DNA of 64,000 nucleotides from Chrysomallon squamiferum (taxonomy: Eukaryota; Animalia; Mollusca): contig CM022674.1 in NCBI GenBank assembly GCA_012295275.1, positions 17,236,001-17,300,000 of the forward strand, in the 5' to 3' direction. Position numbers and translations under genes: made by a program. Below the pieces are notes generated by a model. It saw only the letters and a list, made by a program, of their open reading frames with translations. It ran no database searches and was not told where the DNA came from. Position 1 is the first letter of the stretch. The number at the start of each line of letters is the position of its first letter. Below are positions 11,776 to 23,960 of the stretch, piece after piece.

Positions 11776-14700
11776 ATGGCTACCTACGGTAAAGTTGAAG
11801 AGTTTGAAGTAGAAAGTTCCGATTGGGATGAATACATCGAACGTTTGGAACAGTATCTGCTGGCGAATAATGTAGACGATGCCGAAAAGAAACGTTCCAT
11901 TTTGTTATCCGTATGTGGTGCCAAGACTTACAGGTTGATTCGAAATCTGACTTCGCCCGAGAAACCGGCAAATAAGACTTACGAACAATTTAAAACTTTG
12001 ATAGGAAATCATCTCAAACCAAAACCTTTGGTGATTGCGGAACGGTTCAAATTCTATCAACGGAAACAAGAGCCCGGAGAGACTGTAAGTGAATTTTTGG
12101 CTGAATTAAGAAAATTGACAGAACATTGTGAATTTGGTGCATTTTTGACTGAAGCATTAAGAGACATTTTGGTCTGTGGTCTGTCTGAAAAGCCTATACA
12201 GAAAAAACTTCTCTCTGAACACGACTTATCACTGTGTAAAGCATTGCAAATAGCTGTTAGTATGGAAATGGCAGCTAGAGAAACTGACATGCTGAAAATT
12301 GGAATGAAGTCAGAAACGGAAAAGTTCCACAAAGTTTCTGTCATTGAATGCTTCCGGTGCGGTAAAACTAATCATCATCCTGATGCATGTTTTTACAAAA
12401 GGGCAAACTGTTATAAGTGTAATGAAACAGGACATTTGAGTAGAAAATGTCGAAATCAAAAGAAAAAAATAGAAAGACAGGAAAGCAAACAGCTGGAAAA
12501 AGGAAAAAAGAAATTTCCAAAGTTGAAAAAGAAAAATTCTAAACTGAATGTTGTGAATCAAAATTCTGATAGGGACCTTACGGAATCAGAAAGTGGTCCC
12601 AGTGATTCTGAAATTGAAAATGCTGAATCTGAAACAGGTTTAAAAATTCATGACGTTCAGGAAGAATCTGGAAGTAACGAAACTGAATCAGAAATTATAA
12701 AAGCTGTTCTTGAAAATAAAGAGGTTGCAATGGAAAGGAATGAAAGTGATTCTGAAACGTCAATTTTCACAGTGAAATCTACGAAAGCGAGAGAAATTCA
12801 AATTTCATTGGAACTCAATGGTGTGTCATTCAAAGTGGAAGTAGATACAGGTGCTTCTGTATCCATAATTTCTAATAAGGTTTATCAGGAAAAATTGAAG
12901 AAAACAGTGCAATTGAAATCAACATCGATTGTGTTGAAAACTTATACTGATGAAGTGGTGCCAGTTCTTGGGAAAATTGAGGTGACTGTTAAATATGGAA
13001 AGCAGAAAAAACTTTTACCTTTAATTGTGGTGAAAGGAAATGGACCAACTTTGTTTGGGCGGAATTAGTTCCAAAACATTCAGTTGGACTGGAACAGTAT
13101 TAAGATTATGAAAGCCTGTGGAAACTCTGAAGATTTGTTCAGTAGATACTCAGTTTTTTCAAATAAGTTGGGAACAGTAAAAGGCATAAGAGCTCATCTG
13201 AAAGTGAAAGAGGATGCTACTCCAAAGTTTTTCAAGGCTAGACCAGTACCTTATGCTTTGAAGGAAAAGATAGCTGATGAACTGCACAGACTTGAAGCAG
13301 AAGGAATTCTAGAAAAGGTAGATTTTTCTGAATGGGCTTCTCCTATTGTACCTGTTTTAAAACCTGACAATACCATTCGCATTTGTGGCGATTACAAGGT
13401 TACCATAAATCCTGTGTTGGAAGTGCCTGAGTACCCTTTGCCCACTGCAGAAGACATTTTCAGCAAACTCAATGGAGGACAAAAGTTCTCCAAACTGGAT
13501 TTGTCACATGCATACCAGCAAGTGTTGCTTGATGAAAAGTCGAGGAACTATGTCACAATCAATACTCACCTTGGGCTTTATCGCTATACAAGGTTGCCAT
13601 TTGGAGTTGCTGCAGCACCTGCTATTTCTCAAAAAACTATGGACAAAGTGCTTCAAGGGCTAAAAGGGGTAGGTTACATTTTGGATGACATCATAGTCAC
13701 TGGAAAGGATGACACCGAACACTGGAAACATTTGAAAAAGACTTTGAAACGCCTAGAAAAATATGGAATTCAACTGAAAAGGTCAAAATGTGCATTGATG
13801 AAAGATGAAGTTGAGTACTTTGCATTTATTGTGAACAAAAATGGGATTCAACCTTTTGAAAGAAAAGTTGAAGCTATTCTGAAAGTGCCTGAACCTAAGA
13901 ACAAGAGTGAGTTGCAATCTTGGTTAGGTATTGTGAATTACTATCGCAAGTTTGTACCCAACATGTCAACAGTGGTGGCACCGCTAACAGCGTTGTTAAC
14001 CAAAGATACAGAGTGGAAATGGAGTGATGATTGTCAGCAAGCATTTTCCAAAGTGGGAAAACTGTTAGTATCATCTAAAATTCTTGTCCACTATGACCCA
14101 ATGAAACCAGTAATGTTGGCAGTAGATGCATCTGCGCATGGTCTTGGAGCGGTAATATCACATGGAAATGAAGGATCAGATAGGCCAATAGCATACGCTT
14201 CTAGAACTCTGACATCAACAGAACACAAGTATTCCCAAATTGAGAAAGAAGCACTGGCAATAATTTTTGGAATACACAATTTCCATCAGTACCTGTATGG
14301 TAGAAGATTTACTTTGTTCACAGATCATAAACCACTGACAATGATTCTTGGACCTAAAAAGAATATTCCAGTTCTGACAGCCTCTCCACTACAGCGTTGG
14401 GCTATTCAGTTAGCCGCATATCAGTTTGACATTAAATACAGAAAAACTACCAAAAATGGAAATGCTGATGCACTGTCCCGACTACCACTTCTGCAAACTG
14501 AAGAAATATCTGAAAGTGGGTTTTGGCATGAAGACAAGCAAGCAATGAGAAATCAAGTCAATGGATTACCTATCACTGCAAGACATATTGCTAAAGCAAC
14601 TGCAGTTGACAAAGTATTATCTCGGGTTGTACATTATAACATGTATGGATGGCCAGAAGAGTCTTCTATTTCACCGGAGCTGTTACCTTATTTCAGAGTG

Positions 14701-15917
14701 AAAGATGAATTAACCATGGAGGAAAACTGTCTTCTCAGAGGAATGCGAGTGATTATTCCCAATAAATATCGAACAGATATTCTGTATTATCTTCATGAAA
14801 ATCATCCTGGAATTGTGCGAATGAAATTTTTGGCTAGATTGCATGTGTGGTGGCCTCATATGGATATTGACATAGAAAAGAAAGTTAGCAAGTGTAAGTG
14901 TTGCCAACTACAACAAACAGTCATGCCAAAAAGTACAGCTAATGCATGGATTTGGCCCACCAAACCATGGCAAAGAATACATGTTGATTTTGCTGGGCCA
15001 TTTATGAAAGAAATGTTCATGATTGTGGTGGATGCACATTCTAAATGCATGGAAGTTTTTCGAATGCCCAGTACCAGAGCGACGCATGCAGTAGAGACAT
15101 TGAGAAATCTCTTTGCAAGTTATGGAATGCCAGAGCAGTTGATTTCTGATAATGGACCTCAGTTTGTTGCAGAGGAATTTGAAACATTTCTTAAGAAAAA
15201 TGGAGTGAAACACATCAAATCAGCTCCATACCATCCAAGTTCAAATGGTGAGGCAGAAAGAGCTGTTCGTACTTTCAAAACTGCAATGAAAACAGTTGAA
15301 CATGAGTCACGAACCATGAACCAGAAGATTTCATCATTCTTGTTTGCGTATCGGAACACTCCACACTATACTACAAAATGTACTCCATCAGAATTGTTTC
15401 TTGGCAGACGTGTTCGAACGAGATTGGATATTTTGCGTCAAAGTTTGGAGAACTCTGTTAAAAAAAAAAAAGAACTATTCCAAAAGCAAGTAAAACACGG
15501 GTGTTCAATGTTGGAGATTCAGTACAAGTGAGGAACTACAGAGGATCTGACAAGTGGTTGAGTGGAAAAGTACTGTGTCAGCTAGGGCCTGTTACCTACA
15601 GAGTGAAAATTGGAGATTTTGTGTGTAAAAGACATGTGGATCAACTTCGTAAATGTGTGCATTTGGAGGATAATAGGAACCCGTTCCCAGAACTGTCTGC
15701 AATTGGTACGGAGTCTGAAATGGAATTTGTTGAACCAACTGTTCAGGTGGAAGAGACTGAGATCGAAAATAGAACGGTTACTTCTAATGCCGTAGAGGAT
15801 GCTTCTAATGCCATCGACGATACTGTTGACGATGTACCGCAACTACCAATACCGTCTACCCCAAGATACCCTAGACGTGCTCGAAAAACACCTCAAAGAC
15901 TGATCGAAACTATTTAA
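11776..15917 (+). pseudogene. Gag-Pol polyprotein interrupted by an in-frame TAG (13066-13068) and a frameshift at a poly-A run (~15460-15471)
   Basis: Two CCHC knuckles (CFRCGKTNHHPDAC, CYKCNETGHLSRKC), protease VDTGAS, RT (RICGDYK, RLPFG, ILDD), RNase H (VDAS, EKEALA, TDHKPL), integrase HHCC plus D,D35E (HVDFAGP, SDNGPQF, GEAERAV). Confidence 0.95.
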
Positions 15918-16215
15918 AGTGATTTAATCTGAATATGTGTAATACGGAATTCATTGAAAGATTGTAGAATTAGTGTTATTTTTTTTATTATATATTTTTG
16001 TTTTAAGAATAATATTTGTGATTTGAAGTTCCATATGTGACCAATGAACATACTTGATAAACTGTAATTGAACTATTAGGGTGTCAAATAAAAAAAAAAA
16101 AAAGTTTATTTTTTAAGTTTAAAGTTCCATTGTTTAATTATTACTAATTAGTAAATCAAACAAATTTATTTTAGAAATTTACATATAACATAATTTATGG
16201 GTAAATTGAAAATTT

Positions 16216-16228
16216 GGAGGGGAGGAAG
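16216..16228 (+). promoter_or_regulatory. Polypurine tract
   Basis: GGAGGGGAGGAAG directly abutting the 3' LTR. Confidence 0.9.
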
Positions 16229-16417
16229 TGTTGTATTTAAATGGTGTTATAGTTAACATTGTTACAGTTTACGATGTTTAAGGGAACCGGAAGAAGGGAC
16301 AGTATTATATATGAAGTCACCGGGAGCATGCGTCAGTTTTGTTCGTAGCAATTTTTGAAACGAAATAAATTATTTGGAAATTAAATGAACTTTATGTTTT
16401 AATGTTAAAACATAACA
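16229..16417 (+). repeat. 3' LTR
   Basis: Copy of 11524-11712 followed by TSD ATTAC. Confidence 0.97.
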
Positions 16418-16985
16418 ATTACTAGTATTAAAACTACTGCTGTTGTTTTCTCTCACTACTGTTATTTAGTTATTATTGTTTATATTATTATTATTATTAC
16501 ACAAACACACATATACATATATATATACATATATAGATATAAACATATACATAAATATATACATACATACATACATATTTACAAATTATATGTATATACA
16601 TATATATATGTACACACACACAAACATTACCATCTCAGTGTACATGTACTTCTTAATTCTAAAATTCCTGAATGTTTCAGCAAATTATTGATTAGGTATT
16701 CTATTGAAATGCTACTTATGAATGTTAACAGTTTTTCTTAGCAAATGTTTTTCTTGTGATGACATGGTGACGTCAATATTAAAAACTGCTTCAACATCAA
16801 AATACATGCAATGTCAATGCCAAAAATGTTCATCTTTCTGAAAAAATAGACTTGTCTCCTTTATCATAAGTTCTCACATGTGTGGATGTTGTTCATTAAA
16901 CAGTGTCTGAGAGAAAAGCACTAATCTGTATTCTCTTATATATTAAACATGTACAGAAAAAGAAAACTTTCACTTTTCAACTTAC

Positions 16986-17072
16986 TAGTTAAATTGTTTT
17001 CGGCTCCTATTTGAAAATGTTGACAGTCATGTATGTTTACTGTTGGATTTACAAGTTGTAATATTGGAGTAT
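16986..17072 (-). CDS. 87-nt phase 1-1 exon encoding a RHIM-like motif (TPILQLVNPTVNIHDCQHFQIGAENNLT)
   Basis: Acceptor tttactgtttcacag, consensus donor A|gtaagt, open frame. The peptide aligns ungapped to the RIPK3 RHIM (PLVNIYNCSGVQVGDNNYLT as recalled; 10/20 identical), with core tetrad FQIG. Confidence 0.75.
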
Positions 17073-17590
17073 CTGTGAAACAGTAAAAACATTTTTAAGG
17101 ACAAAATACAGTATTAATACAATCAAAAGTATTATTGCATATAACACTATATCATTTAAAAATGTTTTTAACTGATTATGTGCAGGTGCTATGAAATAAG
17201 TATTACTTTAAACTATTAAAATGTTTAACAGTAAATACAAGATTAATTATAATGGTCATGATGAAGTAACAAAACAGTAACTAGAATGTATTTTGCTTTA
17301 CTGTTTTAATCTGTTAAACAAAAAGGCCACAAAAAACAATAAAATTAATTCATTATCAATGTAACTTTTAAAAGTGTCAATTTACTAAAGCCTAAGAAGT
17401 AACTAAACAATACATTGAAACATTGTATTGATACAAATGTAAATAGTACTTTTGTCAGTTTAGAATTTACCATCAATAAAGTAAACACTATATTGAAATA
17501 TTCTATTATTACAAATATAAAAATAATGTTGACTCTTTATAATTTTCTATTAAAAAAGTAAACAGTACATTGAAATACTGTGTGTGTTAC

Positions 17591-17867
17591 CATGACTGCT
17601 TGACACAGGTAGTTGTAAATGATGTTCTATACGAGTGATGTCAAAGGAAGACTGAGATGTGATGCCAGAGAGAGATACACTTGTCATATTGTCTCTAAGA
17701 GAGACACACTTGTCATATTGTCTAAGAGAGACACAGCTGTCACAGCCTCTGCAGAAAAAACAGCTGCCACGGTCTCTTCAGAAGACACAGCTGTCACAGT
17801 GGACGAAACAGCTGTTGTGTTAGGAGAAACTTCTGAACTCTCATTTTGGTCATCCATATTGGCTGAG
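17591..17867 (-). CDS. Ser/Thr-rich exon of the STAND-ANK gene with 27-nt coding repeats; carries a 2-nt frameshift at ~17693-17696
   Basis: tttttacag|C TCA GCC AAT ATG ... CAT G|gtaac. The length of 277 nt is 2 nt more than the flanking phases require. One repeat copy reads TTAGAGACAAT versus TTAGACAAT in its neighbour. Confidence 0.65.
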
Positions 17868-18422
17868 CTGTAAAAATTAATATAATGATTTTTTATATAG
17901 GAGGAAGAAACGAAATGTTTTATTTACTTATTTTATTTACTGTTATATGAGGTCAGACATAAGATTTAGGAACAGTCAGATAACAAAAGAAGAAACCCAC
18001 TGCAGTCACTTCACTATCTACTCTGTCTTATTAACAACAAGTGATGTTTCATTTATACCTACCCACAGACAGTACAAACTATTTCATACATCAGGTGTTA
18101 AGCACTGCTAAAATGAAAACAGCTCAAGATTACATCAGCAGGCATTCATCCAAATATCTACTACATCTTGCAAACTTTACTAGAGACCTACATCTAGTAC
18201 CTTATATTAATACTAGCACTGACTCATAGACTGTATTCTCAATTTGATTCTATAAATAAATGCCTGGAACATTTTTTTAAAGTAATCAAATAAAAAAGGC
18301 TTAAAATAAATATACTCATTTTTTAAAAAGAGGTGTTTGATCATGTTATTTAGAAATACTCAGGAAAACACAATTTCACAATACTGTTACCTAAAAACAT
18401 AGTTCTAATTAATTAGCCTTAC

Positions 18423-18555
18423 CTCATTTTGGATTTGTTCTTTTCCTTCTGTTTAGGGGTTGGTGATGGGCTGACTGGGGCAGGTTCTGGCTCTGGGTTC
18501 CTGTGTTTCTCAGCTGTTCTGCTGCTCTGATTTACTAGTGTTATTCCACATTTTT
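18423..18555 (-). CDS. Pro-rich exon of the STAND-ANK gene (KCGITLVNQSSRTAEKHRNPEPEPAPVSPSPTPKQKEKNKSKM)
   Basis: gtttag|AA AAA TGT ... ATG AG|gtaagg; 133 nt, open, and the same length in the duplicate (590-722). Confidence 0.65.
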
Positions 18556-20405
18556 CTAAACATTACAAATATAAATGTTCAGATAGTTCTGGATTCAGAT
18601 TCATGTGAAGCATCATATTGATAATATTATAATCAATTCCTATCTTAGTTTTGTCAGACCTATTACTAAATTATATAAACAATACAAATATAACTATACA
18701 ATGAACATTTTTTTGAAGTAATATTCTTAGTCTTGTCAACTGTACTAAATTATTTTATATTAACAATACAAACTAAAATATCACAAATATACACCTGAAC
18801 ATAATGAGTGAAAACGTGACAAGTAATTACAAAGTTGTGGTGACTGACAACAGTATGATGTTCTATGTTTCTGAATGACAGTTACAACTGATTTCACTGT
18901 GAGAGGCTAGTGTATGATGTGTCCTTGTTTTTCTTAACTGCAGCATGCTCACATATCAGATTTTGAACTCCATTGTTTAGCACATCTCTCATTCAGTGTC
19001 ATCTTCACACAATGGTTAACATCATAAACACAAAGATGACACAAAATAAGAATGCATTCAACAGTTATGCCTCAAACCTACAGGACATCAGCTTGACAAC
19101 AATTACAGTCATCAGTCCATTAGTGAGCTCAACACTCTACATCCAACCTAATTTTGTAACTCTTCAAGCCTTGGCCAATCATGAGTCCAGCACATTTGTG
19201 GCATCAGTGAGCATTTTATGCACACAGTGGAAGTGGAATCAGCTTAGAACTGGGAATGAGTTTAGTTGACAATTTGACAAATCCAACTTTTAACTGAAGA
19301 GATGAGCTGGATCCTACAGGCTGAATGTTTACTTGTCACTGAATCCTTTAACTACAGATGTAATCTAGAGACACTAAGCAACATTTTCTCTCTGAAACAG
19401 ATTTCTTAAACTATTTCTTTAACATTTCAGCTCCACAGTTTCGAATAATGTGTTTGGTGTTAAATACTACTTGGTAATTATATGGCCAAAGAGTTATTTT
19501 AAAAATCCTATGTCCAATACTGGGATGCTTAACATTTCTTCAGGTGTATACTATATTTTCACTCTCTTATGTTCTGTTTGTTGTTGTTTTGTTAGTATCT
19601 CTAATTATATTTACTTGTATTAATTTAAATCTAAAAGTATTTCATAACTTATTTACTTATTTAGTACTGTAAGTTCTTAAAATTTTTTTTTTTTTTGGAA
19701 TAAGTCAGTATGAACATATCTAATACTTTATATCAGGATGACAAAACTGTTATATCTATTAAATAAATATTGTGTCTCTTTGTATAAAAACATACTTTGA
19801 GAATTTGTAGACTTCAGCTTTCAATAAACTGCTATAATCTTCATACCAAATCTTGGTCACTTCATGATTTCATGTTAATCTACAGACACATTTTATCTGT
19901 GCAGTGTTTGAAACTGTCATCTTAATACACCACCAATACAGTAGTGACATCTATGAATAGTACAGTGTTCAACCATTATCATACTATGTACAAAGACTTT
20001 CTTTATTTACTATTTATTTTAAAGATGATTTCTCCACATCATATACATACATGTATTTGTAAAAAAATCAAATAAATGTTTTAAAGTTAATTCATGCAGT
20101 TAAACCTGATTCTAAAGTAATTCTAATAACATATGATTGTGTTTGAACATGTATTCCTTCACTTAAACATTAAATGTAAATGTATTTTCAAAATAATAAT
20201 AATAGTCATTACGCTATTATGTTTTTAAATTTGTTAATAGATTACTGAATGATAATTTTTCTACACTAAGTATAATAATTTATATCAGATAGAAGATATA
20301 TATACACAAACACACAGCTGCACTGGAAACAAATATTTTCTTCACAAAATGAGTAAAAACTGCTGTATTTATGCCTCAAACTGTTTGGATTAAAGTTAGT
20401 GTCAC

Positions 20406-20483
20406 CTAACTGGGGTTACTTCATTACATAATACTTGTTGAAAACTGATTAAATATTTGAAGAAAGCAAAGAATATTCAGTGA
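20406..20483 (-). other. Putative start-codon exon of the STAND-ANK gene; reads ATG AAG TAA in this copy
   Basis: gttttcag| ... TTA G|gtgac. The duplicate (2581-2658) reads ATG AAT GAA CCC CAG TTA G. A probable 5'UTR exon lies at 21045-20965. Confidence 0.45.
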
Positions 20484-21121
20484 CTGAAAACATATCAACT
20501 TATTTTCTTTCTTAAATGAATTAAGTGACAGTCATTTTGTTATCTTGGAAAAAGAAAAAGAACACTGATCAGAGTTTCCACTTAGAAACTGTTCAGTAAG
20601 TCCTGTTACTTCATTTTTGAAATGTAGATAAATAAATAAATAAATAGCAACAAAGGAAACATTAGGTAACTAAGGTAAAAAATAATTTCATTTATTATTA
20701 ACTATTTCTGGTATCAGAGACAAATATGAAATTTGCTTATTGAAGTCAGTGTAATATATTTTATGTAAAGGTTGAAAACTGTTAAAGAAATAATTATAAG
20801 TAACAAACTACAACAAGAATGAAAAGTTACTTTTTAATAAAACCTGGACCTAGCCTGAGACTGGCTTTGACAACTAAAGTTTTATCTGTATTGTACTGTA
20901 CATTGCACACTTATAACATTAAATTTTAATGTAACTAATTTAAACAAACAGAACATTTACTTACAATTCAGTTTAACCCATCTTTAGACATTAGCTGCTG
21001 TATGTTAAACCAGTTGTCTGTAACTGACCATACAACTCTTCTGTCCTGTCAATAGAACAATACAAAACTTACACACTGATTTACCTTGCTTCATAAAATA
21101 ATATTACCAAGTAATACTTTC

Positions 21122-21187
<66 letters not shown>

Positions 21188-23479
21188 TGTAATGAAAGAA
21201 CTGCTGCCATTTACCCAAAATATTAATAAAAAAATAAAAACAAAATAAAAAACAAGAATTAAACACCAAGAGGAACAAAATACTAAAATACTAAAATTAA
21301 AAATAAATCTGTTATAACTGCCATTTTTTCAAAAATCAGTATCAAAAATCATTAACACACTTGAAACTGATGCTTAAAATATAATTTTATTTATTTATTT
21401 ATTTATTATCAATGTAGATGGATGTGGTTAATTTACAAAATAAAATGTTATGAACCAAATCTAATACAATAAAAACAAAAAGTCACACTTTTAAAAAAAC
21501 AGATCAGCTCTATTTACTAGTGATTTTGTAATATACCAGACTTGTTTCAGTCACATGATAGTTTTATATGTACACAAGTTGTTGAGATAGCATATTTACC
21601 TCTGTAGAAAATATTAGCTGATTTCACAAGTTTGACACCTGAAAGTGGATATATAACCATTTCATAGATGAACATGGTGATAACAGAAATTCCTAATAAA
21701 ACATTGAGTGAACATCTGCTGTCATTTGAGGACATAAATTTAAGATTAACCACAGATACAGAGATGAATTCTCTTTTATAAATAATTTACTGAATTACTC
21801 ATCACCTCCATTTGCTGTTGTTTAACACTCACTGCAGAATTACCTATGTACATCGATCTATTACCCTCAAAACAATTATTTATTTATAATTCAATGTATC
21901 CCATCTTTAGATTATTACTACTGTATGTTAAACCAGTGGTTGTAACTGATCATATAACTGTTCAGTCCTGCCAATAGAATAACACAAAACATATATATGT
22001 TTTCAAATTATTAAAGTATGTGCTAATTTTCATTTACAAAATAAAATAAAAGAAATTTAATAGAACAAAAAACATTTTCTTTTCTAAAACAACCACAACA
22101 ACAACCAAAATCTCAAAAACGGAAAGAGTTATAATTAGAAGAGACAGGATGAAATCTTGGAATGTTGTTTTTTATTTATGAAAATAGTTGATACATTTAA
22201 TTTTCCTGATGAAATAATTTAACCTTTTAGTGCAAAAAAATCAAGATACCTAGATAGCGAGAAAATCCAAATAGCTATGTAGAAAGACAATTCACCTGTG
22301 TCTACTGTTTTAGTACAGGGTCATCTAGTTTATGTACACGCATGTGTGATTACAATTTAATTAAGACATAGAAAGGTAAACTATAGGTGTGTGAAACTAC
22401 AATTATTATTATTGTTGTTGTTGTTATTACTTCAGTTTGTTAATGCTTGTTAAGAAACACTCAAATTAAACGCGTTCGTAACTCAGCTTACTTTTTTGTT
22501 GTTCTCTAAGACTATTGAGCGGTCAAAAGCTGGTGTCCATTTTTATCACCCAACCCATTATAACACCAACTTTAGTTGAGCACCAATGTCAGCATTACAA
22601 AGAATTTTGAAAGGACATATAGGCAAGATGTGGTGACTTTCATAAATTTGTTTTTAGGCACTGACCGAAAATAATATAGCTTTTCATGAAAGATGTGTGT
22701 TTACTTTGACAAATTATGTATTTACATACAGCGTTCACAGTTGCTGCTGGTTCAGGTCTTGGAAAATCATTATTTAAAACATTTAATAAAACAATACATT
22801 ATCTTTAAAAAAAAAAAAAATTCTTTCATACAACACGAACAAAATGTATTGTTTGTGATATTTAGGATTGCACATAAAATGAAATAACGTTACTGTCTTA
22901 TCATATCTACTTTATCCTCGTCAGGCTCAATGTTGAATGTCTCAGTGCAGTTCAGCATTTTTATCTTTTCAGATATAAAAATGCAGTAACCTGTTATTTC
23001 CCGTGTGTGTGTGATTTTGTTGTTCAAAGTGAACAGGTTAAATATACACAGGTAGGCTTATAAATAAATGGGACACCTTTTCAAGGATTGCCAGGGAAAA
23101 CAAAGAGATTTCTGTCCTGCATTAAATAGCACAAACTTCAGTTTATAGGGCACTAATAGTCAGGAATATTAATTTTCTTTGTCCGTTTACTTTCTTAACT
23201 ACTTTCAAAATATTGATATACGAGACTGAAATAAGCAAATTTGGAATATTTATTTCATCTCTGTTTTCTTTCAAAGCAAACTATTAAAAAAGCAATACAA
23301 AGAAAGTAAACCAAAAAAAACAACAAAAAGCTTGTAACAGAATGAAATGCACTTAGCAGTAGACAGTCAAGATTAAACAAGAGTGATCTTTATTTCAGGT
23401 ATATACTCTATACAAACTGGAGAGGGGTGAAAATCTTTAAAAAAAAAAATAAAAAAAATAAATAAATAAATAATAATAA

Positions 23480-23923
23480 TAATGTGCATTTATCTAGTAA
23501 AGTTGTTAAGAGATGCTTTTTAAACAACTAAATAAACAATGTCTTGCTTGTCTTGCTGTATGTACAACATGCTGGAACATGAACAATGCTACTACTACTT
23601 ATAATCCCAAACAATACGTCATCCGACACACAGTTATGGATGACGAATGTCATTAAATCATTTGGGACAAGCAATAAGATAAAAATTTGACGTCTAATCA
23701 ACTGAAACACTTTTAGGTGGAATAAACAAACGGGCACAGTCGTAGGAAGAGAATAACCCTGTTATTATATTGACTGTTAAAATTAAATTACAAAAAAATG
23801 TTTTAATCAAAACTGCCACAAAAACTAACTGATGAATAAAAGTAAAATAAATAATGAAATAATAAATAAACAAACAAAGAACGAAAGAGAAACTGGATGC
23901 GGACAAATGCCCTACCAGTATAA

Positions 23924-23960
<37 letters not shown>

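Larger units (their letters stand above)
11524..16417 (+). mobile_element. Full-length Ty3/Gypsy LTR retrotransposon (Mag-like), intronic and antisense to the host gene
   Basis: 189-bp TG...CA LTRs at 11524-11712 and 16229-16417, 5-bp TSD ATTAC (11519-11523 and 16418-16422), PBS, PPT, gag-PR-RT-RH-IN domain order. Confidence 0.98.

Noticed and set aside
13066-13068. Programmed gag-pol stop-codon readthrough
   Set aside because: The TAG lies at the end of the protease, at a position normally Trp in this family, not at the gag/pol boundary. A nonsense mutation is simpler.
17619-17873. 84-aa plus-strand ORF
   Set aside because: Antisense shadow of the minus-strand Ser/Thr-rich exon, which has the splice signals.
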